Assembly (NCBI RefSeq): GCF_988243305.1 | Contig: NZ_OZ547136.1 | DNA: 64,000 nucleotides | Reading direction: 5' to 3' (one strand) | Part shown: positions 36,994 through 48,261 of the stretch, piece by piece | Numbering within the stretch: the first letter of the stretch is position 1 | Layout: each line of letters begins with the position of its first letter | Made by a program: the position numbers and the translations under genes | Notes under the pieces: model-generated | The model's input: the letters and a program-made list of their open reading frames with translations, nothing else | Databases searched by the model: none | What the model was told of the DNA's origin: nothing

Positions 36994-39306
36994 CTATTGC
37001 ATGACAAATTTCACTGTCGCGATTTGCCCCACCTCATCCATCACCAGCAATTGATAATCGCCTTTATCCATCAAATGCAGGGTCACGTTGTGCCCGCGTT
37101 CAGTTAACGGTTCGCCATTCAGAAACCACCAGCGTTCACCTGCCCCTCCACTTGATTGCAACGGCAAAGTCGCTTCCGCTGCGCCCGGTAAACGTTTAAT
37201 AATCGCGCCATCGCGAACACCTGTCAGCTGCAGTGGGAGTTGTGCATCGTGACCGTATGGCGGGCAAATTGTCGAGGCCGGTGGTAAGCGCACAGCGCGG
37301 CGTTCTGATGCGGGCAACCAGGGTTCCAGCGGTAGCGGCCAGACATTTATCATTTCTTGTCGCGCCTGAGGGCAATCAGCGGCAACACGTTTACCGTTTT
37401 CATCCAGCCAGATGGGGAAACGAATGCCATTAATGCCTTCCTGCTCCGGCAGTAATAGAGTTGGCGGCTGACTCCCGTCCAGCAGCCAGGTTGCCAGGCG
37501 GCGGCGACAGTTACCGTCACCTTCCGGCAAAGACTGTCCGCCTGGCCAGCAGATAACGCCACGAGTGACTGAGTTCGGGCGCGGGTCTTCCGGCAGATTC
37601 GCACTGCGCGACAGTAAGATATTATTGACCTGATTCAACAATGGTACGGCACTGGCAAAGCCAAACTGACCAACAACGGGCGTGCCGTCCGGTCTGCCAG
37701 TCCAGATCCCAATAACATAGCGAGCGTTAACCCCAATCGCCCAGGCATCACGAAAGCCATAGCTGGTGCCCGTTTTCCATGCCAGTGGGGCAACGCGCGG
37801 CAAGGCACCATCCGGCAAGGGTTGCGCTTCATCAGCCATAATCCGGCGAATGATCCACGCAGCCCCCGACGACATTAAAGGCCGTTCAAGCAGCGGATCG
37901 TCAGGCTGTAAGCGCAATTTACCTGCCTTGCCGTGGCGAGCAAACGCGGTATAGGCCGCCGCCATATCCCCCAGTTTTGCACCAGCGCCGCCGAGAATGA
38001 GCGAAAGATTCGGTGCAGCACCGTTGGGCAAATATAACGGCAATCCAACATTGCGTAACTTTGCAGCAAACCGTTTCGGCCCATAGGCTTCCAGCACCTG
38101 CACAGCTGGTAAATTCAGCGAGCGCACCAGCGCCTCGCTCATGCTGATCGGGCCATGAAAACCGCTATCAAAGTTACCTGGTCGATAATCACCGGTGCGC
38201 CGGGGGACGTCTTGCAGCAGTGATGCCGGGTGGATCAATCCTTCATCCAGCGCCAGACCGTAAACAAACGGTTTGAGCACCGATCCTGGCGATCGGATCG
38301 CATTGACCATATCAACATGACCAAAGCGTGAATCATCGTTGAGATCAACCGAACCCACCCAGCCGCGAACACGCATATCGGTATGATCAACCACGATCAT
38401 CGCCAGTGAGCTGCGCGGTGGTAATCGTCCTTTCCAGTTTTGCGCCAGTTCTTCCAGACGTCGTTGAAGACCGGCATCCAGCGTCGTAACGATTTTGTCG
38501 CTTTTGCTTTTACCGAGCATCATGCGCGAAAACAGCGGTGCCAGTTGCGGCATTTGTCGGGGTGCCAGCCAGATGGGTTCTTCCCTTGACTCTTTTACCT
38601 GCTCACGGGACCACACACCTTGCGCAGCCATCCGTTCGAGCACTTTATTACGCGCGGCTTCGGCACGCTCCGGCCAACGATCCGGGCGAAGACGGCTGGG
38701 CGCTTGCGGTAACACCGCCAGCATTGCCGCCTCGGAATAGCTCAAATTTGCAGGCGACTTCCCGAGATAAGCCCAGCTTGCCGCACCGATCCCCTGTAAC
38801 GTACCGCCAAACGGGGCGCGGTCAAGATACAAGGTCAGAATTTCACGCTTAGACAGATGCCACTCCAGTTGCAACGCGCGCCAGAGCTGGCGAATTTTGC
38901 CGCCAAATGTTTTGGGGTGAGGATCAAGCAAACGAGCAACCTGCATAGTGAGCGTGCTGCCACCGGAAATAACCCTTCCCGAAGTGAGATCTTGCCATGC
39001 TGCGCGCGCCACCGAGAATGGATTCACCCCCGGATGCTTCCAGAACCAGCGATCTTCATAATTGATCAGCGCTTCAAGGTAACGTGGAGAAACATCTTCG
39101 ATTGTTACCGGATAACGCCAGATGCCTTCCGCATCGGCAAAGCGCCAGAGCGGCGTCCCATCCTGCGCCACAACCACTCGTGCGGGATTGACTTCATGCA
39201 GCGGTAGAGGCCAGAGTTTATCTGCTCCCCACGCTGCAAGAAAAAGGAGAAATGGCGCAGCTGCCAGCGTTATCCAGCAGCCGCGTTTGGTTAACAAGCG
39301 AGGCAT
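36994..39306 (-). CDS. pbpC: penicillin-binding protein 1C (peptidoglycan glycosyltransferase)
   Basis: 770-aa ORF with glycosyltransferase and transpeptidase-like domains; directly downstream of yfhM (stop/start adjacent at 39306/39307). Confidence 0.95.
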   Translation of the reverse strand: MPRLLTKRGCWITLAAAPFLLFLAAWGADKLWPLPLHEVNPARVVVAQDGTPLWRFADAEGIWRYPVTIEDVSPRYLEALINYEDRWFWKHPGVNPFSVARAAWQDLTSGRVISGGSTLTMQVARLLDPHPKTFGGKIRQLWRALQLEWHLSKREILTLYLDRAPFGGTLQGIGAASWAYLGKSPANLSYSEAAMLAVLPQAPSRLRPDRWPERAEAARNKVLERMAAQGVWSREQVKESREEPIWLAPRQMPQLAPLFSRMMLGKSKSDKIVTTLDAGLQRRLEELAQNWKGRLPPRSSLAMIVVDHTDMRVRGWVGSVDLNDDSRFGHVDMVNAIRSPGSVLKPFVYGLALDEGLIHPASLLQDVPRRTGDYRPGNFDSGFHGPISMSEALVRSLNLPAVQVLEAYGPKRFAAKLRNVGLPLYLPNGAAPNLSLILGGAGAKLGDMAAAYTAFARHGKAGKLRLQPDDPLLERPLMSSGAAWIIRRIMADEAQPLPDGALPRVAPLAWKTGTSYGFRDAWAIGVNARYVIGIWTGRPDGTPVVGQFGFASAVPLLNQVNNILLSRSANLPEDPRPNSVTRGVICWPGGQSLPEGDGNCRRRLATWLLDGSQPPTLLLPEQEGINGIRFPIWLDENGKRVAADCPQARQEMINVWPLPLEPWLPASERRAVRLPPASTICPPYGHDAQLPLQLTGVRDGAIIKRLPGAAEATLPLQSSGGAGERWWFLNGEPLTERGHNVTLHLMDKGDYQLLVMDEVGQIATVKFVMQ

Positions 39307-42300
39307 TTACGGTCTGACAATCAGCAAATCTTCAGCCGCGCCGGTCGCCCGCCATTGGGGAACATACATTGATTCCACCATCGGTTGCGGTACCTGATAC
39401 GTTCCCGGCGTCACCGCCCGCGCCAGATACACCAGCGTTACCGGTTGGTATTCATCAACGGCAACCGCCGCCACAAAGCGATCATCACGGAACTCAATGT
39501 GCTTAATGCTCGCCTGCTGCATCTGGTTCAGTAAGTTTTGCACTTCGCCACCACTTTGCTCCAGGCTGGCGCTACCGTTCGCCAGATTCTGGTTTTCCAG
39601 TTCCAGACCCGCAGGCAGCAGATCCACGACTAACGCATCCGGCACGCTGTTACTGGCTTTTACCTGCAACCAGACCAGCACCAGATCGCCGCTACGTAAC
39701 GAGTCCAGCGATTTACTCTTACCATCAGTACCAAGAATATGACGCTCGATTTGCAGCACATTGTTCGCCGGTAAAGGTGCGGATTGCGGATAACCGCTGG
39801 CATCCACACGCAGCCATAACGGCTGATCGCCACTGTTGGTCGCCTGCAAGGTGGCAAGTTGATCGCTATTCAGATTGCTGTTTAGCGTTTTCTCGCCTGT
39901 CAGCGGCTCAGCTGAGAAAGAGGTTTGCGCCTGCCATTTACCCGGTAAATCCTGAATCGTACGGGCAGCCAGGAACAACGCGTTGCTTTCCTGGGTCGAT
40001 AGCCAGCGTTCACCAAATGCCTGCTGCGAAAGCGTGTTCAGCAAAGTGTTCTGCTCATCGGGTAGCAGTTTATTTTCTTCCAGCAAGGAGAGCATCAACG
40101 CGTTGTCGCGCAGTGGACTACCGTAATCACCCAGCCATATCCGCTCATCACTATTACGCGGCGTTTTCAGCGCCAACGCAATTGCTTCTTCACCACGCGT
40201 CGCATCACCCATGGTTTTCAGCGCAACGCCAAGTTGCAGCAGCGGTAAACCAGAAGCGGCATCTGCACGATGCTCCCAGATTTCACGCAGCGCACCCAGT
40301 GGAGCTTTTTGCTGACGGGCCAGCACCAGCGCAGCGTAAGACTGTACGGCGAATTTACTGGCTTTGAGATTATCCGCGTACGGGATCGACATCATGCCCG
40401 GATCTTGTAAATAGCGCAGCAGACGCTCATTTCCCCGGTTAATGACGTCTGTCGGCACGCTGTACCCCTGCTCACCTGCGCGGACCAGGAAATCCATCAC
40501 GTAAGCCGTCAGCCAGTACTCTTCGTCACCGTTTTTATCCCACAGCGCAAAGCCGCCGTTATCACGTTGCATTTGCAGCAAACGGGAAACGCCGATATCG
40601 ACCGATGCACGGCGTTTCTCATCACTGTCGCCTTTGATGCCCAACGCCTGCAGTTGGGCTGCGTTGGTATAAAGTGACGGGAACAGGCCGCTGGCGGTTT
40701 GCTCAAGACACCCGTACGGATACGCTTTTAACTCTTTGATATAACGTGCGATGTTCAGCGGTGGTTTGCCGCTCAACAACAATTGCCCTTCCAGCGTAAC
40801 AGGTGAGAAGTTTTGCAATCCATCCGCCGGAATCGCCCATGTCTCACCAGGCTGTAACGCCGTACCGTAATTAACCGTTTGTGCCGGGAACGCCGGACGG
40901 ACGCCGATTTTCCACTGCTTATGCTGATCGGCAACGGTTTCACCCGGTAACGCTAACCCGCTAATGGTGGCCTGAATTTCTCCATCGCCATAACCCGGCA
41001 ATGCTCGCACCGGGATAAACAGCGTAGTACGCACACCTGGCGCTAATTCAACGGCTGCGGGTGAAACGCTGACCAGTTCAAGCAAACCACTGGCGGTCAG
41101 GGCAACGTTCAGTTTTTGCGGTTTATCGGTAAGATTAGTGATATCCAGCGTCAGACGCGAGGTATCGCCACTCGCCATAAAGCGCGGCATGTTCAGTTCA
41201 GCAATCACAGGTGCGGCAACTATCACTTTGCTTTCGTTGCTACCGAAGTCATCTACCGTCCAGGCTTGCGCCATGACGCGCAATTCACCGTTAAAATCGC
41301 CAATCGGCAGTGTAACCGAGCCTTCGCCCTGTTCGTTGAGCGTTACCGGCAGCGCCTGCTGCGCGACAATATTGACGTGATTGACCGGCGGTTTACCACC
41401 ACGTTTCAGCTCATCACCATCGCCACCAAAACGCAGAGCTGCCAGACGCCCCTGACCTTCAATGACCTGACCGTAAATATCGTAAATGTCTGCACCATAG
41501 CGTTTCTGACCAAAGAACGCCTGCCACGGATCGGGGGTAACGTAATCAGTAATATTCAGCACACCGCTATCAACGGCAGACACCAGCACATTCACCTGTT
41601 TTGGCATCTCACCATTTTTATTGCTGGCTTTAATTTTCACGGTTAATGGCTGATTGGGGCGCATTTTGGTGGGGGTTTCCAGCGCCAGATCGAGACGACG
41701 GTTTTCATCGCCAAGCGGCAGATGCAACACCCCAACTGCGCGTTTTGGCGTCGCAGAGCGAGATTTATCGCCAGGACGTACCACCAGCGTACTTAAATAC
41801 AAATCATGACGATTCCAGGTTTTATCGACCGGAATCGTCAGATCCAGCCCTTGAGCCGGAACATCAATCTCTTGCCACCACAGCGGCCCTTCACTGGACT
41901 CGACCATCGCATAACCTTTACCCGCCGTTGGCGCGGCGATATGCAACTTAATGGTGTCGCCAGGGCGATAACTGGCTTTATCCAGTTTCAGCGTGACACG
42001 GTCCGGACGCACTGCGCCGCTCCCGTCGCTGTTGTCCTGCCAGCTATAGCCAGCCCAGAAACGCACACTACTGACCGCTTCATTCGGCGCTTTGACTTCC
42101 AGACGATAAGCGCCCCACTCTACCGGGAAACTGACCTTGCCGGTTTCGTCCGCCTGAAGATCCAGAGTTTGTTCATTTTCGATCAGATCTTTTTGATCAA
42201 ACTGTGACTGCCAGCCTTCATCTTCTGACCAGTTCCAGTAGTAATCGCGGCGTTCGCGAATCAGGCGCACCTGCAAGCCCGACACGGCTTTTTTTACGCC

Positions 42301-44268
42301 TTGCGCATCGCTATAAACGATGTCAAAAGCGGCGTTACTGCCTTCATCAACAATGGGCTGTTTCACCGTGCTGTCAGTGCGATAATCGTAAACCGATTTC
42401 GAGGCGAACTGCGGACGGATCCCCGGCAATGCATCGGCAGGCCAGATAGCCTGCTCAGCGCGGCGCGTCACCGGGCGACCGCCCGATTCCAACAAACTAC
42501 CCTGGAAAATAACCTGTAATGGGGAATGCGTTTCCTTCCACTGGCTTTCTGTAGAAACTTCGCCACGCCCTTTATCATCCAGCGTCAACTGAACTTCATC
42601 CAGCGTGCGGGAAAGATTTTCGGCAGCTATATCGCCGAATTCGAAACCAGGTAAGGCTGACACAGCTTCACGCAGTGGGCGCAGGAAAAGTTGCCCTTGC
42701 AAAGTATTACCATTAGCAGGCGCACCATACAGGTAGTACCCCACCACGGAAAATCTCACTTCATCTTTCGGCGTTAGCGGGGTTTTCTCACCAGTCAGAT
42801 TCAGCGCCATGCGCTCTGGCATAAAATCTTCGACGTGGAAATCCCACATCCGGTACTGGTTATCGCCCGTGTTAGCACGAATATGCCACATACCGGTTGC
42901 CGCATTGCTATCGAGTGGCCAGGTAAAGTGGTAGAGGCCATTCTCCGGCTGACTAACGACGCTCCTGAGTACCTGCCCGTCGGGTTTAATCACGTCTAAC
43001 TTGATGGGTTGATCGGGCAATGCTTTTCCATCTGCATCACGCAATAAACCATTGAGGATGACCGTTTCCCCCGGGCGATAAAGATCGCGCGGGCCAAACA
43101 TGAAAAACTGTTTGCTATAGCCTGGCGCGCCAGCAATGTTAAATTCTGCTAAGTCCAGCGCCGGAAGTTTTAAATCGAGTAGCGTTGTCTGACCGTCTTT
43201 ACGCGCCAGCAGTAATGCCGCGTTTTTATCATTTTCCAGCTGCACATGCCCCTGAGCATCACTGGTTGCCTGAGTCAGAGTCTGCCCTTTCTCATTTAAT
43301 AAAGAGACTTCTATTCCTTGCTGGGCCGCGCCGTTTTCCAGACTTTGGATAAAGATATCCAGACGATTGTGATAACGGTGAGCTGAAACGCCGATATCAC
43401 TTAACGTAAACAGCGTCGCGGGATTACTGTAATCGTAACGTCCAGCCTGATTCATCACAGCCAGATACACGCCTGCCTGCTGAAGCGGTTTGATATCGCC
43501 CAGCGGCAGCAATAATTTTTCACGGGTGTTACGCGCAGGATTGAGATCAAACCGTCCGGTGTAGACCAGATCCGCCATTTGCAGCAGTTTGTCAGACTGC
43601 CAGTTCGCCAGCGAATTGCGGTATTCCCATTGGCTAATGAATGCAGGCAGAGATTCTGGCTTAACACGGAAGAAGTTAACATCGACATTGTTAACGTTGA
43701 GCGCCATTACCGGCAGCCCTTCAATAACTTTACCAGGTAACAACGAGCCACGGCTGGCAAAACCGACGCTGGGTTGGATATCGCGGGTAGTTATAGTTTT
43801 TTCGTAATCTTTACTGAAGGTTGCGTTGTTGAGTGCTTTGACCTCCTTGCCAATAGTGACGATCAAATCACGTTTCGGTTCGAGGTGGCGTAAACGCAAC
43901 TCTTTAAGATTATCTGACAGCTCCCAGGCACCATCCACTTTGCCGCTTTTCTTATCGACGACATGGATAACGCGTGAGAAATCCTGATCCGGGTCGAGAG
44001 GAATGGAGAACGTCAGCACCAGCGTGGCTGCGCCATCAAGTTGAACTTCAGAGAGATCCAGCAATGTCAGCGCCTTACCGGCACTCTGTTGGGCCAGTTT
44101 TTGTCGCTCCGGCGCGGAAAGTTTTGCTGAACTCACGTTTTCTGAAGAGGCCGCTTTAGTAACTTCAGAAGGCGCATCTTTTTTCACCGCTGTTGGCGCG
44201 TTATCGTTGTTGTCGCACCCTGCCAGCGCCAGCATTAGCATGCAGGCGGCTACGCGTAACTTTTTCAT
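39307..44268 (-). CDS. yfhM: alpha-2-macroglobulin family lipoprotein YfhM
   Basis: 1653-aa ORF with lipoprotein signal (MKKLRVAACMLMLALAGCDN) and a thioester-like CLEQ motif (YGCLEQTASGLFP). Confidence 0.95.
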   Translation of the reverse strand: MKKLRVAACMLMLALAGCDNNDNAPTAVKKDAPSEVTKAASSENVSSAKLSAPERQKLAQQSAGKALTLLDLSEVQLDGAATLVLTFSIPLDPDQDFSRVIHVVDKKSGKVDGAWELSDNLKELRLRHLEPKRDLIVTIGKEVKALNNATFSKDYEKTITTRDIQPSVGFASRGSLLPGKVIEGLPVMALNVNNVDVNFFRVKPESLPAFISQWEYRNSLANWQSDKLLQMADLVYTGRFDLNPARNTREKLLLPLGDIKPLQQAGVYLAVMNQAGRYDYSNPATLFTLSDIGVSAHRYHNRLDIFIQSLENGAAQQGIEVSLLNEKGQTLTQATSDAQGHVQLENDKNAALLLARKDGQTTLLDLKLPALDLAEFNIAGAPGYSKQFFMFGPRDLYRPGETVILNGLLRDADGKALPDQPIKLDVIKPDGQVLRSVVSQPENGLYHFTWPLDSNAATGMWHIRANTGDNQYRMWDFHVEDFMPERMALNLTGEKTPLTPKDEVRFSVVGYYLYGAPANGNTLQGQLFLRPLREAVSALPGFEFGDIAAENLSRTLDEVQLTLDDKGRGEVSTESQWKETHSPLQVIFQGSLLESGGRPVTRRAEQAIWPADALPGIRPQFASKSVYDYRTDSTVKQPIVDEGSNAAFDIVYSDAQGVKKAVSGLQVRLIRERRDYYWNWSEDEGWQSQFDQKDLIENEQTLDLQADETGKVSFPVEWGAYRLEVKAPNEAVSSVRFWAGYSWQDNSDGSGAVRPDRVTLKLDKASYRPGDTIKLHIAAPTAGKGYAMVESSEGPLWWQEIDVPAQGLDLTIPVDKTWNRHDLYLSTLVVRPGDKSRSATPKRAVGVLHLPLGDENRRLDLALETPTKMRPNQPLTVKIKASNKNGEMPKQVNVLVSAVDSGVLNITDYVTPDPWQAFFGQKRYGADIYDIYGQVIEGQGRLAALRFGGDGDELKRGGKPPVNHVNIVAQQALPVTLNEQGEGSVTLPIGDFNGELRVMAQAWTVDDFGSNESKVIVAAPVIAELNMPRFMASGDTSRLTLDITNLTDKPQKLNVALTASGLLELVSVSPAAVELAPGVRTTLFIPVRALPGYGDGEIQATISGLALPGETVADQHKQWKIGVRPAFPAQTVNYGTALQPGETWAIPADGLQNFSPVTLEGQLLLSGKPPLNIARYIKELKAYPYGCLEQTASGLFPSLYTNAAQLQALGIKGDSDEKRRASVDIGVSRLLQMQRDNGGFALWDKNGDEEYWLTAYVMDFLVRAGEQGYSVPTDVINRGNERLLRYLQDPGMMSIPYADNLKASKFAVQSYAALVLARQQKAPLGALREIWEHRADAASGLPLLQLGVALKTMGDATRGEEAIALALKTPRNSDERIWLGDYGSPLRDNALMLSLLEENKLLPDEQNTLLNTLSQQAFGERWLSTQESNALFLAARTIQDLPGKWQAQTSFSAEPLTGEKTLNSNLNSDQLATLQATNSGDQPLWLRVDASGYPQSAPLPANNVLQIERHILGTDGKSKSLDSLRSGDLVLVWLQVKASNSVPDALVVDLLPAGLELENQNLANGSASLEQSGGEVQNLLNQMQQASIKHIEFRDDRFVAAVAVDEYQPVTLVYLARAVTPGTYQVPQPMVESMYVPQWRATGAAEDLLIVRP

Positions 44269-44474
44269 TTTTCATCCCTGCCACAATGGCCCGTTAGCAA
44301 CGTCGAATAATTATTATGCGTGAGAATTTACGTTATGTAATTCAGTATCACGCCCATACAATCCGAATTTTAGTGAGAATTGTGGCTCAGACAGCCAAAT
44401 CAGCCTCTTTTGCTTGTCGCCTTTCACTAAACATCCGACAATTTAGCCTAACCCCGGCAAAAATGGAGATGCCT

Positions 44475-45320
44475 ATGTCCACGACATGGTTTGTAGGAGC
44501 CGACTGGCTCGCCGAACATATTGATGACCCGGAAATTCAGATTATCGATGCCCGCATGGCGTCGCCTGGACAGGAAGATCGTAACGTTGCTCAGGAGTAT
44601 CTGAATGGACATATTCCCGGCGCAGTGTTTTTTGATATCGAAGCGCTTTCTGATCACACTTCCCCGCTTCCGCACATGCTGCCGCGCCCGGAAACGTTCG
44701 CCGTGGCGATGCGTGAATTAGGCGTTAACCAGGACAAGCACCTGATTGTCTATGACGAAGGTAATCTTTTCTCAGCCCCACGAGCATGGTGGATGCTGCG
44801 CACCTTTGGTGTAGAGAAAGTGTCGATTCTGGGTGGTGGACTTGCAGGCTGGCAGCGCGATGATCTGCTGTTAGAAGAAGGTGCAGTAGAGCTGCCGGAA
44901 GGAGAGTTTAACGCCACGTTTAATCCTGAAGCCGTGGTGAAAGTCACCGATGTGTTATTGGCAAGCCATGAAAATACGGCGCAAATTATTGATGCCCGCC
45001 CGGCTGCACGTTTTAACGCAGAAGTTGATGAACCTCGCCCAGGTTTACGTCGCGGACATATTCCCGGTGCATTGAACGTTCCGTGGACGGAACTGGTGCG
45101 CGAAGGCGAACTAAAAACGACCGATGAACTGGATGCTATATTTTTTGGTCGCGGCGTCAGCTATGACAAACCGATTATCGTCAGCTGCGGCTCTGGTGTA
45201 ACGGCAGCCGTGGTTTTGTTGGCACTCGCGACACTTGATGTGCCAAACGTGAAACTGTACGACGGCGCATGGAGTGAATGGGGCGCACGAGCAGATTTAC
45301 CGGTTGAGCCAGTGAAATAA
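44475..45320 (+). CDS. sseA: 3-mercaptopyruvate sulfurtransferase (tandem rhodanese)
   Basis: 281 aa from the ATG at 44475 (MSTTWFVGADWLAEHIDDPEIQIID), GGAG SD 7 nt upstream; the track ORF 44316.. is an upstream in-frame extension. Active-site Cys in CGSGVTAAVV. Confidence 0.95.
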   Translation: MSTTWFVGADWLAEHIDDPEIQIIDARMASPGQEDRNVAQEYLNGHIPGAVFFDIEALSDHTSPLPHMLPRPETFAVAMRELGVNQDKHLIVYDEGNLFSAPRAWWMLRTFGVEKVSILGGGLAGWQRDDLLLEEGAVELPEGEFNATFNPEAVVKVTDVLLASHENTAQIIDARPAARFNAEVDEPRPGLRRGHIPGALNVPWTELVREGELKTTDELDAIFFGRGVSYDKPIIVSCGSGVTAAVVLLALATLDVPNVKLYDGAWSEWGARADLPVEPVK

Positions 45321-45336
45321 GCTTTATACAGGCAAT

Positions 45337-45366
45337 AAAAAACCGCCGAATTTGGCGGTTTTTTAT
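45337..45366 (+). terminator. Rho-independent terminator downstream of sseA (possibly bidirectional)
   Basis: aaaaaaccgcc gaattt ggcggtttttt: GC stem ccgcc/ggcgg flanked by an A-run and a T-run. Confidence 0.8.
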
Positions 45367-45399
45367 TGCTGGTCTGGTTCGCGGCCTTTCCAGCAGGTT

Positions 45400-45790
45400 G
45401 TATTACCGTAGTAATGCAAGCGCGTCTCAGCGGACACAATACTCGCCAGTAACTCTCTTTTTGTCAAGCGAAAGAGAGTAATCATTGTTTATTTAGCGTA
45501 TTATCGACACCGGCCCTTTCCGCCGTCTCGCAAGCGGGCGCTGGCTCAAGGAAAGGATGTTCCGCGACCGTTAGGGCAAGCGCGTCTCAGCGCTTGCTAT
45601 CGCAGCAATATCGCCAGTGGTGCTGTCGTGATGCGGTCTTCGCATGGACCGCACAATGAAGATACGGTGCTTTTGTATCGTACTTATTGTTTCTGGTGCG
45701 CTGTTAACCGAGGTAAATAATAACCGGAGTCTCTCCGGCAACAATTTATTGGTGGTTAACAACCTTCAGAACAGCAGGTAAGCCCGAATG
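45400..45790. ncRNA. ryfA: possible ryfA-type small RNA locus in the sseA-sseB intergenic region
   Basis: 492-bp non-coding gap between convergent sseA and sseB with a duplicated motif caagcgcgtctcagcg (45416 and 45577). From memory the ryfA sRNA maps between sseA and sseB; boundaries and strand cannot be fixed from sequence alone. Confidence 0.25.
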
Positions 45791-45812
45791 CCGCCCTTTG
45801 GGGCTGCATATT

Positions 45813-46589
45813 TTAGATTATCCGGTTCTGTTTAAAGTCACGCAAAAAACCACCCCAGCGACGTTCATAGAATGGCACAATATGTTCGGTAATAAAGTGG
45901 CTAATTCCTTTTTCCCCTTTTTTCACCTGACAAATATCGATGGGTTCATCGCCAGGTAATGTATCGGTCGCTACACTTCCCGCCGCCTGAATAATTTCTT
46001 CGATATCACCATCGGCTTCAATGCCAATAAGTAAATTAGGCTGTGCCTCTTCGTTCTCTTTAATTGAACAAATAAAAGCACGCTTCACCGGCTTAATAGT
46101 TTTAAATAAGGTGGTGAGTGAATCAATCATTTGTGCTGGTGGCTCTGCGACTTCCGATAATATCAGCGACTCACCGCCCTCCAGTACTTCCTGGCTGCTC
46201 AGCGGATTTCCTTCTTCACCAATCAACAAACTGATTTCACGCGGCATAAATTCTTTACCGGTCGGCAGTTTGGCATTAAGGAAGAGCGTTTCGCCAAGGG
46301 TCATCTCAAACAATGTGCGAACGGGCATTACGACAAATGCCTGTTCGTCTTCAACCGCCTGTTGAAGTGCTTCTAACGAGGTGAAAAAAGGAATGACGCT
46401 GGTGCCGTCTTCTTTTTCCCAGTGCTGTAAATCAAGTGCACTATCTTCAACCACAGCCTCGCCCTGCGCCGCCGTACCAGGCACCCAGACGGTGGATCCC
46501 AGTAGAGTACGGAAAAAGGCCGGGCGGTGCGCCGGTTCGGTTGCTGCTTTTTCCAGCAGATCTTCAAGTTCGTTTTTTGTTTCGGACAT
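45813..46589 (-). CDS. sseB: SseB, enhanced serine sensitivity protein
   Basis: 258 aa from the ATG at 46589 (MSETKNELEDLLEKAATEPAHRPAFFRTLL); the track ORF starts 3 codons upstream. Confidence 0.9.
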   Translation of the reverse strand: MSETKNELEDLLEKAATEPAHRPAFFRTLLGSTVWVPGTAAQGEAVVEDSALDLQHWEKEDGTSVIPFFTSLEALQQAVEDEQAFVVMPVRTLFEMTLGETLFLNAKLPTGKEFMPREISLLIGEEGNPLSSQEVLEGGESLILSEVAEPPAQMIDSLTTLFKTIKPVKRAFICSIKENEEAQPNLLIGIEADGDIEEIIQAAGSVATDTLPGDEPIDICQVKKGEKGISHFITEHIVPFYERRWGGFLRDFKQNRII

Positions 46590-46614
46590 AAGAACCACAA
46601 TTCATTCAACGTTC

Positions 46615-46700
46615 GGGGCACAAGTGCCTGATGCGCTACGCTTATCAGGCCTACAAGGGAATCTCAATCTATTGGATTTTCGCAATTTTGTAGGCCAAAT
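46615..46700. repeat. REP/BIME element
   Basis: gcctgatgcgctacgcttatcaggcctacaa (classic REP palindrome) followed by a second partial REP (ttgtaggccaaataagacg) between sseB and pepB. Confidence 0.7.
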
Positions 46701-46707
46701 AAGACGT

Positions 46708-47991
46708 TTACGCCGTTAACAGATTAGCAATCGTGCGCACACCAAGTCCCGTAGCACCCGCAGACCACTGTTCAACCGGCGCTTTACGGTAAGTCGCCGA
46801 GCAGTCGATATGCAGCCAGCCTTGCTGATAGTTCTCAACAAAGTGCGACAGGAAGCCCGCCGCCGTGCTCGCGCCTGCCGGGTACGCCGCGCTTCCGGTA
46901 TTGTTCAGTTCGGCAAAGTTAGACGGCAGCTGGCTGCGGTGGAACTCCGCCAGCGGCAGACGCCAGAACGGTTCATTCTCCTGCGCGGCACTCGCCAGCA
47001 AGCGACCGGCAAGCGCATCGTCAAAACTGAACAGCGCGTGATAATCATTACCCAGCGCAGTTTTCGCCGCCCCGGTGAGGGTCGCCGCATCAATGATCAG
47101 TTCCGGTTTCTGCGCACTGGCATCAATCAGGCCATCGGCCAGCACCAAACGCCCTTCCGCATCAGTGTTCATCACTTCAACTTTTTTACCGTTGCGATAG
47201 GTAATAATATCGCCCAGTTTGAACGCGTTGCCGCTGATCAGGTTATCCGCACAGCAGAGGAACAGCTTCACGCGCTTGTTCAGTCCGCGCGTAATGGCAA
47301 ACGCCAGCGCCCCGGTAACCGTTGCCGCGCCGCCCATGTCCGACTTCATCGAGTCCATAAATGCGGTCTGTTTGATACTGTAGCCGCCGGAATCAAAGGT
47401 GATACCTTTACCTACCAGGCACGCGTACACTGGCGCTTCTTTATCGCCAGTCGGGTTGTAATCCAGCGCCAGCAATACCGGAGAACGTTCTGAACCGCGT
47501 CCGACCGTGTGCAGCCCCATATAACCTTGATCACGCAGATCTTCGCCTTTGGTGATCCGGTAAGTCACACGATCGCCCGCGACATTGCTGATCAGATCAA
47601 CAGCACGCTGTGCCAGTTGCGATGGCCCCAGTTCTTCCGCCGGTGCGTTGATGGTGTCACGCACCCAGTCGATGATCATCAGGCGGTTATCCAGTTCCTG
47701 CCGTTGGGCATCGTCCAGATCCGGCCACTCCACTTTACGTGTGCCTTTCGGGGCTTTGTAACCTTGCCAGAATGCCCAGCAGCGATCCGCATCCCAGCCT
47801 TCACCGCTTAACTGAACATGTTTGATGCCCAGACCGTCAATCTTGCGCGCCGCACGCTGGATCAGCCCCAGATCGTCTGCCCCGTTCAAATGCAGGGTAA
47901 TGCCATCATTATTAATGCTGTAAGTCGCTTTTTCTCCCCAGCGCGCGTCGGCAGGTTGGGTAGAGAGGGTAATTTTCATCGCTTCTGTCAT
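46708..47991 (-). CDS. pepB: peptidase B (M17 leucyl aminopeptidase family)
   Basis: 427-aa ORF with M17 catalytic region ([14 protein letters not shown]). Confidence 0.96.
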   Translation of the reverse strand: MTEAMKITLSTQPADARWGEKATYSINNDGITLHLNGADDLGLIQRAARKIDGLGIKHVQLSGEGWDADRCWAFWQGYKAPKGTRKVEWPDLDDAQRQELDNRLMIIDWVRDTINAPAEELGPSQLAQRAVDLISNVAGDRVTYRITKGEDLRDQGYMGLHTVGRGSERSPVLLALDYNPTGDKEAPVYACLVGKGITFDSGGYSIKQTAFMDSMKSDMGGAATVTGALAFAITRGLNKRVKLFLCCADNLISGNAFKLGDIITYRNGKKVEVMNTDAEGRLVLADGLIDASAQKPELIIDAATLTGAAKTALGNDYHALFSFDDALAGRLLASAAQENEPFWRLPLAEFHRSQLPSNFAELNNTGSAAYPAGASTAAGFLSHFVENYQQGWLHIDCSATYRKAPVEQWSAGATGLGVRTIANLLTA

Positions 47992-48049
47992 TTTAGTTAT
48001 CCTTATTCGTTTAACAGCAAAACGGGCTACCCCCAGGCAGCCCGTTCAT

Positions 48050-48250
48050 TTATTCGGCTTCGTCCAGCCAGACTAACAAAATCGCTTCGAGGATTTTCTC
48101 GTTGGATGCCTGCGGGTCGTCGTCGAAATCTTCCAGATCGCAAATCCACTGATGCATATCGGTGAATCGAACCGTTTTCGGATCAAGATCGGGATACGCA
48201 TCGTACAGTGCTTCGCCAATTTCGCGGCTATCGGTCCACTTAAGTCCCAT
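48050..48250 (-). CDS. iscX: Fe-S assembly protein IscX (YfhJ)
   Basis: 66-aa acidic [39 protein letters not shown] at the distal end of the isc cluster. Confidence 0.93.
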
Positions 48251-48261
48251 ACTAACCTCTG

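Noticed and set aside
46810-47493. 227-aa plus-strand ORF opposite pepB
   Set aside because: Antisense shadow ORF within pepB.
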